DNA of 64,000 bases from a virus, in IMG/VR virus record IMGVR_UViG_3300007735_000802. One strand, written 5' to 3'. A program made the translations under genes and the position numbers. Shown in pieces: positions 9,441 to 18,492 of this stretch. Position 1 is the first letter of the stretch; every line of letters starts with the position of its first letter. The notes beneath the pieces are model-generated. The model saw only the letters and a program-made list of their open reading frames with translations, had not been told where the DNA came from and made no database searches.

Positions 9441-10480
9441 TCTTCATCCTCAGTTTTGGTTTCTCCACCATAACTGAACTTATTATACACTGCTTTATCG
9501 ATCTGGTCAAGTATGTCTTTGGTAAAATACTTTTCAGGATTATCATAGATCGTTTTTTCAAAAACTTTTGACCCATCTGACAATTCAATACGAGTAGAAT
9601 TCTTCTTGAATATTCCTGCCTCTACAGCAATATCGACAAGACCATAATATGGATCAATACCCGTATCATAATTCAGACGAATATCAACCATGCTGTTTTC
9701 TTTTGTAAATCTACCCTTGTAAAGTTTAGCATGAATAATATTTCCAACAACTTCACCATCTGAATTCTTATCCTTCTTCTTTGAAAGATAAACAATCGTA
9801 GATGCTGCGTATTTAAGACCAGTACCACCACCCATTTCAGACATTGGAACATATGCACCAACTACTTGATATGTGTGATTGGTCATGATCATTGGAATCT
9901 TTGCCACTCCGAGTTTAACAGTAAGAACACGGAATGTTGACTTTACAATCTGCGCGCGAGTCATGTCGCGTGTTTCCTTTCCTTCAGCAGTGTCATTCAT
10001 CTCCTTCGATGTTGACAACATGCCAAGAGAATCAAGAACAATCATTGTTGGTTTGCGACTCTCTTGTGGAAGTTCAAGTACCTTGTCAACGATTGTAATT
10101 GCTTGGTGTCTGAATTCCTCAATGGTTGCAACAGGAAAAACTGCAACACGCTTTGGATCAATACCTCGACTCTTGAACATCTCAGAAGTAACTGCTTGTT
10201 CTGAATCAAAGTAAAGAACGACTGCTTCTGGATTATCTCGTAAAAACTTTGAAACAATACCTAGTGTAAAATAGGTCTTACCTGTAGATGACTCTCCAGC
10301 AAGTGCTAGAATCTTATTGTTCGGAAGACCCGAATAAATGCTTGCACTTAGAAGTCCATTGAAAAGATAACAACCAGTGTCAACAAATCCTGCAACATCA
10401 CTGCCATCCAATCCTTCAGAAACGAGAGAAGCATATTTGTTTCCTGAAGATTTAACCATAGAAGATAAAAAATCACTCAT
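9437..10480 (-). CDS. uvsX: RecA-like recombinase UvsX
   Basis: [32 protein letters not shown]. Confidence 0.95.
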   Translation of the reverse strand: MSDFLSSMVKSSGNKYASLVSEGLDGSDVAGFVDTGCYLFNGLLSASIYSGLPNNKILALAGESSTGKTYFTLGIVSKFLRDNPEAVVLYFDSEQAVTSEMFKSRGIDPKRVAVFPVATIEEFRHQAITIVDKVLELPQESRKPTMIVLDSLGMLSTSKEMNDTAEGKETRDMTRAQIVKSTFRVLTVKLGVAKIPMIMTNHTYQVVGAYVPMSEMGGGTGLKYAASTIVYLSKKKDKNSDGEVVGNIIHAKLYKGRFTKENSMVDIRLNYDTGIDPYYGLVDIAVEAGIFKKNSTRIELSDGSKVFEKTIYDNPEKYFTKDILDQIDKAVYNKFSYGGETKTEDEE

Positions 10481-10490
10481 AATATTTCCT

Positions 10491-11606
10491 TTACCCAAAT
10501 AGGGATTCTAATGTATTTTTCTTTTCAGTTGACCATCCTATAGTATCTAGGATTGTAGTCAATGGATCTATAAAAGATTTTTCAAATTGCATTTTGTAAT
10601 CAATAAATTCATGCAATCCAAATTCTTTTGGTAAAATATTTGGAAAAGAAATAATTTGATCTTCACCACGAATACCACCAAGTGGATTTGGTTTCTTCAA
10701 ATGAAGATACTTGATCTTATCTCCTTCAATTATTTTTTTGTACTTTTTATTAATTTTATATTTTTCGATATAGTGGTTGTAAATCAAAGAACCTTTTACA
10801 GCAATTGGTGTCGATTTCTTATAGATTGTAGCACGATCAGCATACTTATCCATACCATTTACACTACGAGGAAATGCAATTTCCTCTGGACTTAAGGAAA
10901 AGAATTGCTTTTTACATTTTTCAACAAAAGTAACCATATCACTCTCATTGCCATTCATTGTAATATGAATTGCATCTTTGAGATATTTTCTAACACATTC
11001 TGGTGTTGAACTACGAGTAGTTTCAATTCCCATAATCTTAAGTTTTGGTTCTACATATCGAACACCTTCAGAGTCCCATACATTAAGCATGTATCTTTTC
11101 TTTGCAGTCCAAATTCCCTTGTCTGCAATAACTTCTCGACCCATCTGCATCTTATTCTCATAAGCATTCATGATGGAGGCAAGTTCTTTAAACTTTTTGT
11201 CGATGAACGGCAAGATTGCGTCGATTGAAGATTTATCGATAAAATTTACAATCTTGGTTTTATCAGTCGTATTTGGCATTACTTTTTGTACAAGTGGTCC
11301 AAGATTCAAATAAACAGAGTCAGTATCAGATGCGATCACATAATCAATATCTTTAGTTCCGACAATCTTGTTTAAATAATTATTTAGTTCTTGACCAATC
11401 CATTGAATAGACAACTGACCCGACAGAGTGATTGCCTCTGCGAGTTCAGTTGAATAATATCTAAAATATTCGTTTCCAATTGCCCCGTAAGCAGAATTCA
11501 ATTGAATTTTTCTTACTAACTGGAAATTATGGTATTTGGAAATTTCTAATTCATATTGTTTACGGAGAGATAGCAATTCTTCCGTAGATAACTTTGAATA
11601 ATTCAT
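10491..11606 (-). CDS. 43B: DNA polymerase family B, C-terminal subunit (gp43B)
   Basis: Motif [10 protein letters not shown], motif [20 protein letters not shown]; lacks exonuclease domain and motif A. Confidence 0.93.
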   Translation of the reverse strand: MNYSKLSTEELLSLRKQYELEISKYHNFQLVRKIQLNSAYGAIGNEYFRYYSTELAEAITLSGQLSIQWIGQELNNYLNKIVGTKDIDYVIASDTDSVYLNLGPLVQKVMPNTTDKTKIVNFIDKSSIDAILPFIDKKFKELASIMNAYENKMQMGREVIADKGIWTAKKRYMLNVWDSEGVRYVEPKLKIMGIETTRSSTPECVRKYLKDAIHITMNGNESDMVTFVEKCKKQFFSLSPEEIAFPRSVNGMDKYADRATIYKKSTPIAVKGSLIYNHYIEKYKINKKYKKIIEGDKIKYLHLKKPNPLGGIRGEDQIISFPNILPKEFGLHEFIDYKMQFEKSFIDPLTTILDTIGWSTEKKNTLESLFG

Positions 11607-11613
11607 AAGTCAC

Positions 11614-11641
11614 ATTGTATCAAAAATTAATGAAGAGTCAA
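11614..11641 (-). promoter_or_regulatory. Sigma70-type promoter for gp43B (probably leaderless)
   Basis: TTGACT-N16 (ending TGA)-TACAAT, then 7 nt to ATG 11606; no SD. Confidence 0.6.
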
Positions 11642-11986
11642 GAGATACTTTGTTGTATTGATGATTGCTAGCATCTCATCACGAATATTTAAAAGATCAG
11701 AGTCTTTATCTTCAGACAAACTCTGTGGTAATTCATTGAGCAAAAAGTTTTCAAAATACTTCAAAACGGGCATTGGATGTGCAGCTTCATATCCGAGTAA
11801 CTCAATTGTTCTATTTTGTTCAGTATCCTTACCATACTTGCCCATGTAAGTTTCAACAAAAGAGTCAATTAGTGGATCTAGTGCTTCGTATGCTTTTCCA
11901 AGTGCTTTATGTTCAGCAAAGGAAGGTGTTTGCCAGTGATGAATTCTTAATTGATTTTGAAGGGTTAAAAACTTTTCGATATGCAT
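11627..11986 (-). CDS. Ferritin/Dps-like four-helix protein (DUF5856-like)
   Basis: HHWQT...EHKALG...YE...IDSFVE...RDE...KYLL pattern of Dps-like phage proteins. Confidence 0.7.
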   Translation of the reverse strand: MHIEKFLTLQNQLRIHHWQTPSFAEHKALGKAYEALDPLIDSFVETYMGKYGKDTEQNRTIELLGYEAAHPMPVLKYFENFLLNELPQSLSEDKDSDLLNIRDEMLAIINTTKYLLTLH

Positions 11987-12002
11987 ATTATTCTCCTATA
12001 CT

Positions 12003-12248
12003 TTATATAGAAGACTTCCAAACACCATCTAGAATGACTCCATAATCTGGAACATCATCTGGAGATACCTTTTCTACGCTGTAACATTGACTAATTTTCA
12101 TCGCAGTCCTGAGTCTATTTAATATTTCACATTCAGTAACTGCATTTGATTTCTTCTTGAATACAAGAATACCCTTACGGGGTTCTCCCGAAGGGTCTTT
12201 AATATTATCAGAAACAAAGTTTTTGGTTCCAGTTACAATTCCGTACAT
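12003..12248 (-). CDS. Hypothetical protein
   Basis: Short ORF in an overlapping gene chain. Confidence 0.55.
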   Translation of the reverse strand: MYGIVTGTKNFVSDNIKDPSGEPRKGILVFKKKSNAVTECEILNRLRTAMKISQCYSVEKVSPDDVPDYGVILDGVWKSSI

Positions 12249-12511
12249 TAAAACCATCCCTTTTTCTTCTCAGGACAATTGAAGACGATACAAGAAGGTC
12301 GAGTCCATTCGTAGCGCATTACCCCATAGTAGTCTAGAACCACTACACGACACACATACATTGGCATGACAATTGTTCCACTCTCCCATTGCTTTTTAAA
12401 GAGATCAGACAACTTACTGATTTCTTCCTCGTCATCGCCCGTGTATTCAGAGTCGATATGGATCAGGAACTTCAGGTTGCTCATTTCTTGTTTCTTTTGT
12501 GCTTCAGTCAT
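12248..12511 (-). CDS. Hypothetical protein
   Basis: Start and stop overlap both neighbours. Confidence 0.55.
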   Translation of the reverse strand: MTEAQKKQEMSNLKFLIHIDSEYTGDDEEEISKLSDLFKKQWESGTIVMPMYVCRVVVLDYYGVMRYEWTRPSCIVFNCPEKKKGWF

Positions 12512-12804
12512 ACCACTATCCATCCCTTCTCTTTGGTCAGGTACTTGAACAGTTCTCTTCCTACTGGGCGACTCATCGTTCTGAACTCACCTCTCCTCAA
12601 TGTGATCTGTGGAAACTTCATCACATATTCATCATCTCCGTATCCTGGGATGATTGTGACTCCAACCATATCGGTATCAACATCATCAGACCAACAGAAA
12701 TGGACTTCGTCAAGGGATGGGAGATGTCTCACAACACACGACTTTTCCCAATTCAATTCCAACGGAGATGTATCTGGAATGTATGGATCACCGTAGCGTT
12801 TCAT
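12508..12804 (-). CDS. Hypothetical protein
   Basis: ATGA overlap with the upstream gene; GGAG SD. Confidence 0.6.
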   Translation of the reverse strand: MKRYGDPYIPDTSPLELNWEKSCVVRHLPSLDEVHFCWSDDVDTDMVGVTIIPGYGDDEYVMKFPQITLRRGEFRTMSRPVGRELFKYLTKEKGWIVV

Positions 12805-13436
12805 CGTCTCCTCCGAACACCAATCATACCAGCAATCCCGATCAGCGCAAGTGCCGATGGTACAGGAACAACCGTGTAGTCGATGTTGTCTATGGCAAGG
12901 TGAGACGAATACGCCGTTCCAACTCCATACACCTTGATATCCGTGATGTTGTTCAGAGGACCAGGATATGCATTAGAGATGATGAGTTTCGTCCGATCTG
13001 CCTGATTGAGTTGGGCGGTATAGGTGAACACTCCCTCTCCGTATCGGTATCCTTCGATCACCATAGTCATGGAAGTCCACACCGCCGTGACCTCAAGGCT
13101 GTTCAGCCTCCATAATTCACCACCACGACTGATGCGATAGTTGTTGAATGCATAAGAACCCCACGGAGTGTAGATGGCACGATCTCCGATGATGCCTTCG
13201 TCATATCCACCCCAACCCGCTCCACCAACCATGTCATAATAGGACCATTGGTAGTTTCCTTGTGCATTGGAACTTGTAAAGTTGAATCCTTCGTATGATC
13301 CAATCGAATCGTGCATGAATCCAGTTGAATTGGTAAAGGAATCTGCGTTCGTCGGAGCAGGAAGGTTCTCAAAGGTGCAGAGCGCACCTTGTGCCGAAGT
13401 AGCGATCAGAGTCGTTGCGATTAGTGTCTTCATCAT
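12801..13436 (-). CDS. Exported protein with PEP-CTERM-like (VPxP) sorting signal
   Basis: AAGGA SD before MMKTLIATTLIATSAQGA signal peptide; C-terminus VPVPSALALIGIAGMIGVRRRR (motif, TM helix, Arg cluster). Confidence 0.85.
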   Translation of the reverse strand: MMKTLIATTLIATSAQGALCTFENLPAPTNADSFTNSTGFMHDSIGSYEGFNFTSSNAQGNYQWSYYDMVGGAGWGGYDEGIIGDRAIYTPWGSYAFNNYRISRGGELWRLNSLEVTAVWTSMTMVIEGYRYGEGVFTYTAQLNQADRTKLIISNAYPGPLNNITDIKVYGVGTAYSSHLAIDNIDYTVVPVPSALALIGIAGMIGVRRRR

Positions 13437-13447
13437 TGTGTGTTCCT

Positions 13448-13915
13448 TTATCCCAAGTCCTGTAGATTTTCGTAATGGGGTGGTGTTGCCTTGACGGGTT
13501 CTGAAACCACACCCCGCATCTTCAGTTCCCTCAATTGCCTGTTCTCTTCCCAAAGTCGCTCAATGCTTTTGTTATTTTCCTCTGAGCGTGCCTTTAGAAA
13601 TTTATCAAAGTCAGTTACCGATTGTGGAAACTTTGCCCACTTTCTTTCATCATTGAAATAGTTCCAACCACGGGAGATGGCATAGTCACCCGCAAGGAAT
13701 CCAGTCAAGTGGTGAAAGCCACAGACTTCCCACCTTGCTTCATCTCGTTCCTTCTCAAGTTCACGGCACTTCTGCACCAACAGGTTGTTCTGGTACTTTG
13801 CATTCTCCAGTTCCTCCGTCAGACGGTATCGCTCAGACATGGCAGGGTATGGCTTCCTGCCACGGAGTCTGTCTAGGTTGTCTCCTGCGAGTAGATCGGG
13901 GTCTTCTTCAGTCAT
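13448..13915 (-). CDS. Hypothetical coiled-coil protein with ERDEAR motif
   Basis: AAGGAGG SD; KERDEARWEVC...RGWNY. Confidence 0.65.
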   Translation of the reverse strand: MTEEDPDLLAGDNLDRLRGRKPYPAMSERYRLTEELENAKYQNNLLVQKCRELEKERDEARWEVCGFHHLTGFLAGDYAISRGWNYFNDERKWAKFPQSVTDFDKFLKARSEENNKSIERLWEENRQLRELKMRGVVSEPVKATPPHYENLQDLG

Positions 13916-14129
13916 TGTTGTCCTCCTTGAAGCAGTAAACCTTCAGTGTTTCAATCTCTTCATATATTCGGTCAAGTTTTTCATGAGTTTTATTCGGTGA
14001 AATGTTCCCATCACCAATATCGTGGCCAAGATCTATTATCTTTTCTTGGATTTTATCCAAGCAAATAAGAACATATTTTTTGGTGCCTTTTTTACTTTTT
14101 GTTTTCTTTTTAGTCTTGGGCACTGGCAT
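13908..14129 (-). CDS. Hypothetical basic protein
   Basis: AAGGAG SD; Lys-rich N-terminus. Confidence 0.55.
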   Translation of the reverse strand: MPVPKTKKKTKSKKGTKKYVLICLDKIQEKIIDLGHDIGDGNISPNKTHEKLDRIYEEIETLKVYCFKEDNND

Positions 14130-14547
14130 TCTCCTTCAGATATTGCCACCCACGCTTCTTGTATTCCTCGTCTACATCTTCAAAACGACAGGCTTGATCG
14201 ATGATCGAAGACATTACTTCTCGCCGTGCTTCGTCGCGCTCCTTGATCAAGCGATCTATCTCACTGCATCGGTGATGACCATATTCACCCGCATATCCCG
14301 CATGGCATTGATTTGCAGCAAGTGCCGTATTCTCATCAAGGAGTCTACGGGCAATGTATACCATGTCCGCAAAGTCATCGCCGTAATTGGGATACTCATC
14401 GGTTCCCTCAACTCGCTTGTCCTCCGCTGCAAGTTCCTCTTCATGGAACTTGATCGTCTTCTCCATGTCTTGCAGAGACATGATGTGATCGGAGGGACCG
14501 CATGTGAGGTTTTTGAAGTAGTCTAGTGGATTTTCTTCGTTTGTCAT
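14110..14547 (-). CDS. Hypothetical protein with ERDEAR motif
   Basis: KERDEARREV...RGWQY; start moved to 14547 to avoid overlapping the tRNA. Confidence 0.6.
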   Translation of the reverse strand: MTNEENPLDYFKNLTCGPSDHIMSLQDMEKTIKFHEEELAAEDKRVEGTDEYPNYGDDFADMVYIARRLLDENTALAANQCHAGYAGEYGHHRCSEIDRLIKERDEARREVMSSIIDQACRFEDVDEEYKKRGWQYLKENASAQD

Positions 14548-14549
14548 AA

Positions 14550-14631
14550 TACCAAAGGTGGGAATCGAACCCACATGCCGTTAGGCAATTGATTTTGAAT
14601 CAATCGTGTATGCCAATTTCACCACTTTGGT
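14550..14631 (-). tRNA. tRNA-Leu(CAA)
   Basis: Acceptor ACCAAAG/CTTTGGT; anticodon arm ATTGA-TTCAAAA-TCAAT; long variable arm; GTTCGATTC T-loop; discriminator A; no encoded CCA. Confidence 0.9.
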
Positions 14632-14636
14632 ATGAA

Positions 14637-14721
14637 TGGGATTGGTGGGATTCGAACCCACAATGTTTCTTAAGTGAGGCATTTTAAGTGCCTTGCGTTT
14701 CGCCAGTTTCGCCACAATCCC
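14637..14721 (-). tRNA. tRNA-Leu(UAA)
   Basis: Acceptor GGGATTG/CAATCCC; anticodon arm AGGCA-CTTAAAA-TGCCT; long variable region; GTTCGAATC. Confidence 0.88.
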
Positions 14722-14724
14722 GAA

Positions 14725-14795
14725 CTACCCCGCCTAGATTCGAACTAGGAAAAAGAGATCCAAAGTCTCCTGTGATACCGTTTCACCACGGGGTA
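14725..14795 (-). tRNA. tRNA-Gln(UUG)
   Basis: Acceptor TACCCCG/CGGGGTA (U1-A72); anticodon arm GGAGA-CTTTGGA-TCTCT; CCTAG-TTCGAAT-CTAGG; discriminator G. Confidence 0.9.
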
Positions 14796-15335
14796 TTAAA
14801 ACACATTACTTGCGAGTGCGTACATTGCGATACCACTCGCGGTTCTTACATTCAGACTCCTGACAGTTCCATATTGCTTAATATACAATCTGTGGTCGCA
14901 GATGTCAAGAATCTCTGCTGGAAGACCGACTTGTTCTTGACCGAACGCTAGAACATAATGTGTATTTTTATTCCATTCAAACTCATTAATTGCCGAAGCA
15001 CCCGGTAGATTATCTATGCCAATGACGGATACATTTCCATAGGAACCTCGTAGGATCTTGATTTGATCTTCAAGTTCAGAAAAGGTTCTGGTATGTAGAA
15101 AGTTCGTATAATGATGTGTACCGACAGTGCCGCGACGATCATATTGTTTAGATCCGTAAAGAATTACCTGTTTAGCAAGGAACGCATTCGAATTGCGAAT
15201 GACTGTAGCGATATTGAAGTCATTATATAAATTGCTGCAAATAACGGTAAAATTATTCCGTTTTGTTTCAAGGTCAGCAATGATCGCTTCATGCGACCAG
15301 TAGTGGTAGTGGTCGATGATGTTCCTCGTTTCCAT
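14796..15335 (-). CDS. SpoU/TrmH-family (SPOUT) RNA 2'-O-methyltransferase
   Basis: Motif 1 NIATVIR, motif 2 LAFGQEQVGL, motif 3 YGTVRSLNV. Confidence 0.9.
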   Translation of the reverse strand: METRNIIDHYHYWSHEAIIADLETKRNNFTVICSNLYNDFNIATVIRNSNAFLAKQVILYGSKQYDRRGTVGTHHYTNFLHTRTFSELEDQIKILRGSYGNVSVIGIDNLPGASAINEFEWNKNTHYVLAFGQEQVGLPAEILDICDHRLYIKQYGTVRSLNVRTASGIAMYALASNVF

Positions 15336-15341
15336 GGTTGT

Positions 15342-15369
15342 ATTATATCAGAATTATTCACTTTGTCAA
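15342..15369 (-). promoter_or_regulatory. Sigma70-type promoter for the SpoU/tRNA operon (leaderless)
   Basis: TTGACA-N16 (ending TGA)-TATAAT, then 6 nt to ATG 15335. Confidence 0.75.
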
Positions 15370-16839
15370 CCCCCTACGCTTCAATTCTGCATCAACATCT
15401 TCTAAACTTTTCTTTGCTTCAATCATTTTATTCTTAAACTCTTTTCGATCTTTATACATCTTTTCCATAAGATCTGGCAAGAATCCACGAACATTCTTTT
15501 TATAGGTTGTTCCATTTGCAGCAACGGAAAGATCTTTTCTCTTATGCTGCTCTATAAACGAAAGCGAAACATTTCCTCCAGTAAGAATACCATCAGGAGA
15601 TACTGTTCCTCTTGCACCATCTGTAGTCAAAGTCTCTGGAGAGATATTGTACTGCATAATGAGATGAGGATACAGAGAATTCAAGTCAAATGAAGCAACC
15701 CAGTGATGCATTCCAACCAAAGGTTCCTTTACATATGCACCAGCATACTGCTCGTCTTTTCTTTCTTTCTTCTTTGGAGGAATTGCAATTCCTCTTGCTT
15801 TCAAATCATTGTATATAATAACATCCCATGTTCGTACTTGTGAAAACACATCTTGATAATTAACACCAGCAGAGTATGCAAGTGCTACTGCGAGTTCAAT
15901 CAGTCTTAGTTTCTTTTCAAGTTTCTGTACTAATTCAACATCTCGAATATTATATTCAATAAACTTTTGAAAATCCTTTTTATAGAAATCGGTGATGCTC
16001 TCATACTCTGAATATGAAAGTTTTCTTTCTCCAAGTTCCACCCACGAAATATGATTTAAACTGTAAGACTCTTGATTTACATATGTAAATGTTTTATAGA
16101 GTTCGTAATAATCAAGCATTGCTATTCCGATGATATCATATGCTTGTTCTTCTGAACCCTTCTTCGTAATGAACTTTTCTTTTATGATTCCCCACGGAGA
16201 AAGTTTACGAGATATTTTCTTTCCAAGTATTTTGTTAATTCGATTAATCAAATATGGAAAATCGAAGAATCTAATGTTCCATCCAGTCACGATGTCAGGG
16301 TATGATGTTGAAAAATATTCTACAAATTTATACAGAAGATTTTCTTCAGAATCAAATTCATATACATCGATATCTTCGGTTGTCTTAAACTTACCAAGAC
16401 AAAATGTTTTCTTTCCGGTTCTTGTCGATGTGCAAGATATTGCAATGACTTCTTCTTCTGGATTTTGGATGGATGGGAAACCATTTTCTGATGCTGTCTC
16501 AATATCAATATACATGATATCGATTTGTGAGAAGTCGTAGTTTGCATTCGTCCCATATCGTGAACTTATAAACTGATACTCTATAGAAATATCACCATGA
16601 ATTTTAAAATTTGGAATTGACGAATACTTCTCTAAAAATTCCTTATATTCGTCATAAGAATCAAACTTCATCTCTGTCAAAAAATCACCCGTAAGTGACT
16701 TAACGGGTGTTTGTTTATTTGAGGGAAGATATAGAGTGTGTTTAAAATTTTCTGTTATGTATTTTGTCGAACCATCCTTTTGCTTTTCTGCTAAAAGAAT
16801 GTTTCGATAGTCATAATAAACACTTGTATAAAACTTCAT
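15358..16839 (-). CDS. 43A: DNA polymerase family B, N-terminal subunit (gp43A): 3'-5' exonuclease plus motif A
   Basis: ExoI YIDIET, ExoII GWNIRFFD, ExoIII YNIRDV, motif A SFDLNSLYPHLI; ends in the fingers domain. Confidence 0.93.
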   Translation of the reverse strand: MKFYTSVYYDYRNILLAEKQKDGSTKYITENFKHTLYLPSNKQTPVKSLTGDFLTEMKFDSYDEYKEFLEKYSSIPNFKIHGDISIEYQFISSRYGTNANYDFSQIDIMYIDIETASENGFPSIQNPEEEVIAISCTSTRTGKKTFCLGKFKTTEDIDVYEFDSEENLLYKFVEYFSTSYPDIVTGWNIRFFDFPYLINRINKILGKKISRKLSPWGIIKEKFITKKGSEEQAYDIIGIAMLDYYELYKTFTYVNQESYSLNHISWVELGERKLSYSEYESITDFYKKDFQKFIEYNIRDVELVQKLEKKLRLIELAVALAYSAGVNYQDVFSQVRTWDVIIYNDLKARGIAIPPKKKERKDEQYAGAYVKEPLVGMHHWVASFDLNSLYPHLIMQYNISPETLTTDGARGTVSPDGILTGGNVSLSFIEQHKRKDLSVAANGTTYKKNVRGFLPDLMEKMYKDRKEFKNKMIEAKKSLEDVDAELKRRGLTK

Positions 16840-17168
16840 GAATTTTCTTTGCTTTTAATATAAGCTGCTAGTAAAATTGAATAATTGATCATGTCAATTA
16901 GAGTATCATATACGGATTCATCTTCAACACTCAATTTTCCTTTTGCAGAGAAAGAAGAAAGTCTTGACATCTTATCAGTCATTCTGACTAGAAATGCTTG
17001 CTCTGTAGAGCAAATCCCAAGTGCTTCTGCTCTTTTAAAGTTTGCAAAAGGATTCACACCGTCACTACCTGCATAGTCTGCATTTTTCTTTTTCATCAAT
17101 TCTAAAGCATCATATGTCATGCTTTGATGCATCTTAAAAAGTTCTTCTCTCGTCATTTTAGTCTCCAA
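16836..17168 (-). CDS. DUF1599-like nucleotide-modification-associated all-alpha protein
   Basis: KKNADYAG...NF...RMTDKMSRL...DTLIDMINYS. Confidence 0.7.
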   Translation of the reverse strand: METKMTREELFKMHQSMTYDALELMKKKNADYAGSDGVNPFANFKRAEALGICSTEQAFLVRMTDKMSRLSSFSAKGKLSVEDESVYDTLIDMINYSILLAAYIKSKENS

Positions 17169-18492
17169 AAAGTCCCTCTAGTGTAGCAGATTTATAAGAA
17201 ATGTCAAATCCATTCTTTGAAAAACACCATATGTTTTCAATAAATGTTGTTGAGAGATGTTTCTTAAGATCCGATGATGCAATATTTTTTGGTCTTTGCT
17301 TTATTCTCATTCCTATTTGCCCATCAAATATTCCACCAAGTGATATGATATGATCTACCATCTGATCACATGTAGTATATCGTTTTCCGCTTACCCACGG
17401 ATCCATAATATTCATCATCATAGAACCACTTTCGCTGAGTGATTCATAACATGCTGTAATTACTGGTTTATAGAATTTATTCCACCAATTATCATATTCT
17501 GGATATCTGAACCACGATTGTTTCCAATCATCTCCACCTTCATCATATAATTCAGTAGAAAAATAGGGAGGTGAAGTAAAAATACAATCATATTTGTGCT
17601 TTTTTATTTCATTCAGTATGTCTTCTGCTGGTGCGTTATATGCAAACACTTCTTTTCCTGATTTGCCAAGACAATGGAAACCATCGTAAATATGATCTCC
17701 CTTTTTTATCTGTATCTTAGTTATAATAGGCAACTCACCTGAAAGCATCATCTCATAATCTTCACACTGTTTGAGATAAACAGCAAACACACTTGGATTT
17801 GGATCTGTTCCAACATAGATATTTGCTTTTGAAGCATAAAATCCAGCAAGTCTATCTCCCCATCCCATGCTTATATCAAGAACAGATTTTGTATTTGAGT
17901 TTATCTTGGAAAAGACAAAGTCATAAATTGTCTTTGCAACATGTGGTTTAAATTGAGTTGCTACATATGCACCAAGTCTGAATGATCCTCTGAATGTAAC
18001 TGGTGTCATTCCATCATTGTCTAGTCTCCAAAAAGTCCAATTCATCTTTTTTAGATCATCTGGAGAATACCAATATTCATTTGGAGACAAAAATCCATGA
18101 GATCCACAATCGTATCGATTTCGTTGCTGATAATAATTGCTTATGTCATTGAAATAATGACCATATGATATTACTGTTTTTCCATGCTTTGAAAATGGAT
18201 ATTTGTAATCATTATACTTTTCAACAACATCACCCTGATCTTTCATAATGAAAGACGAAAAGTTTGTTGTCTTTAACTGATTGAACTTGTCAGCAACATC
18301 CTCAAAACTTATTTTTCTAAAAGGAAACAATACAGAATTTTTTGAAATATATTCTGCAAGACCTTCTTTTATTTCTTCTTTTGTAAATTTAAAATTTAAT
18401 TCTTGCCAATCGGTTCCAACAATAGTTGGAATTCCATCAGCGTCTGCAAATTTTGAAATAAATTCAACAACATCATCTATTTTAGTATTCAT
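17158..18492 (-). CDS. DNA amino-methyltransferase (SPPY type, m4C or m6A)
   Basis: VLDISMGWGDRL SAM-binding motif; FTSPPYF catalytic motif. Confidence 0.85.
   Translation of the reverse strand: MNTKIDDVVEFISKFADADGIPTIVGTDWQELNFKFTKEEIKEGLAEYISKNSVLFPFRKISFEDVADKFNQLKTTNFSSFIMKDQGDVVEKYNDYKYPFSKHGKTVISYGHYFNDISNYYQQRNRYDCGSHGFLSPNEYWYSPDDLKKMNWTFWRLDNDGMTPVTFRGSFRLGAYVATQFKPHVAKTIYDFVFSKINSNTKSVLDISMGWGDRLAGFYASKANIYVGTDPNPSVFAVYLKQCEDYEMMLSGELPIITKIQIKKGDHIYDGFHCLGKSGKEVFAYNAPAEDILNEIKKHKYDCIFTSPPYFSTELYDEGGDDWKQSWFRYPEYDNWWNKFYKPVITACYESLSESGSMMMNIMDPWVSGKRYTTCDQMVDHIISLGGIFDGQIGMRIKQRPKNIASSDLKKHLSTTFIENIWCFSKNGFDISYKSATLEGLFGD

Noticed and set aside
14550-14795. Prophage attachment site or host chromosome junction at the tRNAs
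   Set aside because: Both flanks are phage genes (the polymerase halves), and no integrase or duplicated tRNA 3' end was seen.
12366-14951. Plus-strand ORFs such as 12389..12796, 12717..13115, 14002..14526 and 14688..14951
   Set aside because: These are antisense shadows of minus-strand genes or tRNAs in a GC-richer region with fewer stop codons; they have no SD or recognisable motifs.
10491-16839. Split intein or group I intron joining the polymerase halves
   Set aside because: gp43A has no C-terminal Cys/Ser-initiated intein N-fragment, and gp43B has no HN-C/S/T junction. There is no homing endonuclease or intron core in the gap, and gp43B has its own promoter.
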